Shown here: piece by piece, positions 60,373 to 64,000 of the stretch
Layout: every line of letters starts with the position of its first letter
Numbering within the stretch: the first letter of the stretch is position 1
Origin: Obrimoposthia wandeli
Taxonomy: Eukaryota
Assembly: GCA_977020255.1 (NCBI GenBank)
Contig: CDROCS010006015.1
Span: forward strand, 1 to 64,000
Direction of reading: 5' to 3'
Length of the DNA stretch: 64,000 nucleotides
Notes under the pieces: model-generated
Told to the model about the DNA's origin: nothing
The model's database searches: none
What the model saw: only the letters and a program-made list of their open reading frames with translations
Made by a program: the position numbers and the translations under genes

Positions 60373-60555
60373 GTTGTATCTGCACTAATGATAATTCACT
60401 GGCTATTTGTAATGCATAATCACTTTGTCGTTCTAACAATCCCCCTTTTTTTGAAGAGGATTGGAAAATCTATGATATGAATAAATCTGTGTGCCCATAA
60501 CCATATAACCTACTTATTTTTTATTAACTATATATGCAAATTACATTGCACACCA

Positions 60556-60817
60556 GACCGACGGTAGCTTTGGTTACTTCCCGTCTTATACACTAGGCGC
60601 TATGTATGCCGCGCAGTTTATGACAACGATTAAACAAGAAATGGATGTCTCTGCCATTATTACTAGCGGCGACCTATCACCTATCTTCACTTGGCTTAAA
60701 ACCAATATTTGGCAAAATGCTTCACTACTGAGTACTAACGACTTAGTGAAACAAGCAACGGGCGAAACATTAAGCCCAGCGCACTTTAAAGCCCATTTAC
60801 AAGCGCGTTATTTATAA
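60556..60817 (+). pseudogene. Displaced 3' fragment of an M32 carboxypeptidase gene
   Basis: TDGSFGYFPSYTLGAMYAAQF...ARYL* parallels the last about 87 aa of 56932-58425; no own start. Confidence 0.9.
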
Positions 60818-60983
60818 TCCTTTTATGAATAAGTGTATAAATATCGGTAGATGAATATTTGTATATGAATAGTATCGTTTAAACGAATAAGCGTAACAAC
60901 CGACTAATGCAATGCGTCTGTTGTTACCGCTTCTCATTATTTTAGATAATAGCCTTAAGCAACTGTCATCGCCGTTTAGCCAA

Positions 60984-61319
60984 TTACTTTTTATGATATA
61001 AAGCTTGATCCGTTTTATCCTTATCAGACCAAAAATTAATATTGAACTGCGCATCAGGGCTTAATTCAATACGGTGCCAATATTGCGGAGGACTCGTTGC
61101 AAACTGTCCCGCTTCAATCACTACTTTTATTTCAGGTTCTGTTGCTTCACTATCGGCAAAACCAAAATAAGTCACCACCCCTTCCATCACACATAACTGC
61201 CCGAAAACATCTTCAGCTGTATTGTGATGACTGAGTAACGCCTTCGGTACATTTTCATTAGTGAAAAATGGGGTTGAACGTTGAATTTTCCAGTTTGCTG
61301 GAATACGTTGATGGGACAT
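60984..61319 (-). CDS. DUF1971 / YeaR-like cupin
   Basis: P.ALL..HNT...VFGQL.V.EG and PPQYWHRIE motifs. Confidence 0.8.
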   Translation of the reverse strand: MSHQRIPANWKIQRSTPFFTNENVPKALLSHHNTAEDVFGQLCVMEGVVTYFGFADSEATEPEIKVVIEAGQFATSPPQYWHRIELSPDAQFNINFWSDKDKTDQALYHKK

Positions 61320-61409
61320 AATATTCTCCTAATCATACAATTTTTAAGGCCTTATAGACAAAGACCTACTTTATTTTTTATTAAGTACTTATTTATTGAA
61401 CATTTGCTA

Positions 61410-62567
61410 TTAAGTATTTGCAGGCAGTGCCCTAAGCAGCGGAAAGGCATTTTTCATATGATCTTGCGTCACCACAAAACCAATTAATTGCTCTGCGCTA
61501 TCATAAGCCTTTGCCGTCATGCCTGATGCTGTCATATCGATCTGCCAATTTGTATCAGCTGCCGTCGTGCTACCACTTAACTGCATCGGGTATAACGGTG
61601 TTTTCACTTTGACTAACATCGCCGGAAACATGACTTCAGTAGCAGTGCCGTTGAGCGTTTTCGCTAACGCGTTAGCACTGAGAATGATTGGTTGTAAAAA
61701 GGCTAAATGTTTACCATCAATCTCAGCGCAATCTCCTAGGGCAAAGATTGACGGGTCGTTAGTTTTTAATTGCTTATCAACCACGATACCGCGATTTACT
61801 GCTAAACCAGCTTGGCTTGCTAACGCCGTATTGGGTTTCAAACCTGCTGCGCACAACACACTATCCACATTGGCGGTATGGCCGTTCTTAAAGCTAACCG
61901 CAACGCCGGTGTCTGTTTTAGTCATACTACTGAGCTCATTACCCAGTTGTAATTCCACCCCTTGTCTTCTCATGGTTTGGTAAAGCTGAGATGACACAAA
62001 TTCAGGCAGTAAACTCGGCAGTAATGCATCAGCACGGTCGCTTAATATCACCTTATAATCCGCAATGGCTAAGTCCATCGCGATTTCAGTACCCACCAAC
62101 CCCGCGCCAACAACTAATACAGATTTAGCCTTAGCCAATTTAGCCTGTGACAACTGATACTCATCTAGACTATTCAAGGTAATAATGTCTTTCGCTGCAT
62201 CACCCTCTACAAAGGGCACAAACGATTGCGCCCCCGTGGCTAGTACCAAATTTTCGTAGGCAATGTCGATGCCCTGACAACTCACGGTCTTCTCTAAACG
62301 ATTAATCTCATCAACACGAGTATGATTCATCAGGGTAATATTATATTCCACGGCGAAGTCTGATCCACTTTGCTTGATCATGTCTTGCGCTGTAAGCTTT
62401 TTGCTAAACACATGGCTTAATTCTGGTTTGACATAATCATCACCACTACCTGCGGTGATGACAATAATTGCTTGATCTGCGCTTGTTCGACGAATTGATT
62501 TAACTAATTGATAGGCAGCAAAACCACTGCCTAGGATAACGACCGATTTTTCTTTACCACCAATCAT
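61410..62567 (-). CDS. norW: NADH:flavorubredoxin reductase
   Basis: [30 protein letters not shown] and VKVKTP..P motifs; directly after norV. Confidence 0.9.
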   Translation of the reverse strand: MIGGKEKSVVILGSGFAAYQLVKSIRRTSADQAIIVITAGSGDDYVKPELSHVFSKKLTAQDMIKQSGSDFAVEYNITLMNHTRVDEINRLEKTVSCQGIDIAYENLVLATGAQSFVPFVEGDAAKDIITLNSLDEYQLSQAKLAKAKSVLVVGAGLVGTEIAMDLAIADYKVILSDRADALLPSLLPEFVSSQLYQTMRRQGVELQLGNELSSMTKTDTGVAVSFKNGHTANVDSVLCAAGLKPNTALASQAGLAVNRGIVVDKQLKTNDPSIFALGDCAEIDGKHLAFLQPIILSANALAKTLNGTATEVMFPAMLVKVKTPLYPMQLSGSTTAADTNWQIDMTASGMTAKAYDSAEQLIGFVVTQDHMKNAFPLLRALPANT

Positions 62568-64000
62568 GCTACCGCCTTCTTGGTCTTTATCGCTTCAAAT
62601 ACGTCTTTGCCTAAGCCACATTCAGGGCAAAGGAAATAATCAGGTACTTCTGACCATGCAGTGCCGGGGGCGACATCTTGATTCGGCTCACCTTGGGCAG
62701 GATCGTATACCCATTGGCAAACTGTACATAACATCGACGTATCTGGACTAAACTGCACGACAGCGCCGTCTTGCATTGGCTTTACGACTTCAACGACTTG
62801 CGGCGCTTGTTCTGCGGCAGTTTGTTGTTCTGTTGATAGCTCTATTGATTCTTTTATTGGTTGCTCTGCAGCTTGGTTGGCAGCAGGTGCCGCTACATCT
62901 GCAATCGTATTACTTGTCAGTGCCCATTCTTTTGCTAACGTACGGCCATATTCACGGCACTCTAATATCGCTTTACCATCTGGTTTCCATTTCGTTTTCA
63001 AACTTGGGTAAGGTGCAAAACCCGCATCATCCAATCGGCTTTCAATGCGATCAATCGCGCCACCAGTCCAACCATAACTACCAAACGCAGCCGCTTTTTT
63101 ATTTTTAAAACGCAGACCTGTGATCTCTTCAAGCATACCCGCTACTTTCGGCATCATCACGTTATTCATCGTTGACGAACCCACCAGAATACCTTTAGAA
63201 ATAAAGGCATTAGATAAGATTTCGTTTTTGTCATGACGTGATACGTTAAATACTTTCACCGCCACATTACGGTCAACCTCATGGATACCTTGAGCAATCG
63301 CATCCGCCATCATGCGGGTATTGCTCGACATTGAATCGTAAAAAATAGTAATGCGATCTTCTTGGTATTGATCTGCCCACGTTAGATATTGCTCAATGAT
63401 CTGGATCGGGTTATCACGCCACACCACACCGTGTGCAGTCGCAATCATATCAACGGGTAAATTAAAGCTTAATACTTCTTTGATCTTAGCAGTAACCAGC
63501 GCACTAAAGGGCGTAAGAATATTGGCATAATAACGTAAGCACTGATCCATCAACTCTTTAGTATCTACTTCATCATTAAATAAACGTTCATCGCAATAAT
63601 GCTGACCGAATGCGTCGTTACTAAACAGCACGGCATCACCCGTCATATACGTCATCATACTGTCAGGCCAATGCAACATCGGCGTTTCAATAAACACCAA
63701 CTGCTTACCATTACCCAAATCTAAACTGTCACCCGTCTTCACCACATTGAAATTCCAATCAGGCTGGTGATGGTGACCAACAATTGAATCGATGGCATTT
63801 TCGGTACAATAAATCGGCGTATTCGGAATTTTATTTAATAACGCCGCGAGTGCACCTGCATGGTCTTCTTCTGCGTGGTTAATAACAATGTAATCAATTT
63901 TGTTAAGGTCAATTTCTAATTCTAATTGCTGAATAAATTCGTAACAAAACTTGTGATCAACCGTATCGATTAATACCGTTTTTTCCTCTTGAATCAGATA
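62564..64000 (-). CDS. norV: Flavorubredoxin (NO reductase); 5' end lies beyond the window
   Basis: [23 protein letters not shown], flavodoxin domain and C-terminal [10 protein letters not shown]...CPECG rubredoxin; frame open to the window edge. Confidence 0.95.
   Translation of the reverse strand, partial: YLIQEEKTVLIDTVDHKFCYEFIQQLELEIDLNKIDYIVINHAEEDHAGALAALLNKIPNTPIYCTENAIDSIVGHHHQPDWNFNVVKTGDSLDLGNGKQLVFIETPMLHWPDSMMTYMTGDAVLFSNDAFGQHYCDERLFNDEVDTKELMDQCLRYYANILTPFSALVTAKIKEVLSFNLPVDMIATAHGVVWRDNPIQIIEQYLTWADQYQEDRITIFYDSMSSNTRMMADAIAQGIHEVDRNVAVKVFNVSRHDKNEILSNAFISKGILVGSSTMNNVMMPKVAGMLEEITGLRFKNKKAAAFGSYGWTGGAIDRIESRLDDAGFAPYPSLKTKWKPDGKAILECREYGRTLAKEWALTSNTIADVAAPAANQAAEQPIKESIELSTEQQTAAEQAPQVVEVVKPMQDGAVVQFSPDTSMLCTVCQWVYDPAQGEPNQDVAPGTAWSEVPDYFLCPECGLGKDVFEAIKTKKAVA

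Larger units (their letters stand above)
58200..60555. mobile_element. Integrase-free islet: alternative M32 3' end plus a lipoprotein peptidase gene
   Basis: Bounded by the 39-bp repeat and followed by a displaced homologous 3' end. Confidence 0.6.

Noticed and set aside
1-64000. CRISPR array, IS elements, invertible tail cassette, diversity-generating retroelement
   Set aside because: No regularly spaced repeats, transposase, serine invertase or reverse transcriptase motifs were seen; the large repeat is the phage duplication.

Overview
Positions 1-48805 are temperate phage DNA of the P2/HP1/K139 family (Peduoviridae-like). Positions 48806-64000 are chromosome of an AT-rich marine gammaproteobacterium (Moritella/Vibrionales-like, my impression only). 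The phage is present as about 1.4 tandem units with a period of about 34.6 kb. Copy A (1-14191) carries ogr, accessory genes, rep, cII, cox, cI and int. After an attP-like junction come the complete tail, lysis, head and packaging genes, then a second early/immunity/int region (copy B, 34586-48805) ending at an att core just upstream of host nudL. A and B are mosaic, with identical blocks alternating with synonymously diverged blocks, and B carries many indels that look like assembly errors. Best candidates for new biology: (1) a translationally coupled STAS-GHKL kinase / STAS / 2TM operon in the cI-int interval, a possible partner-switching anti-phage system; (2) a two-gene moron with its own promoter in the rep-portal hotspot; (3) multi-layer SOS wiring, with a double-HTH S24 repressor and perfect LexA boxes before both ogr and int; (4) an integrase-free 2.4 kb islet that replaced the 3' end of the host M32 carboxypeptidase gene at a 39-bp repeat and carries a lipoprotein metallopeptidase. 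Host genes: nudL, MscS-family channel, hemF, orphan ParA, glpR, DUF2333-like protein, SDR, M32 carboxypeptidase, DUF1971 cupin, norW and norV (truncated by the window). No tRNA, rRNA or CRISPR array was seen. All family assignments come from motifs and synteny read by eye; no database search was run.
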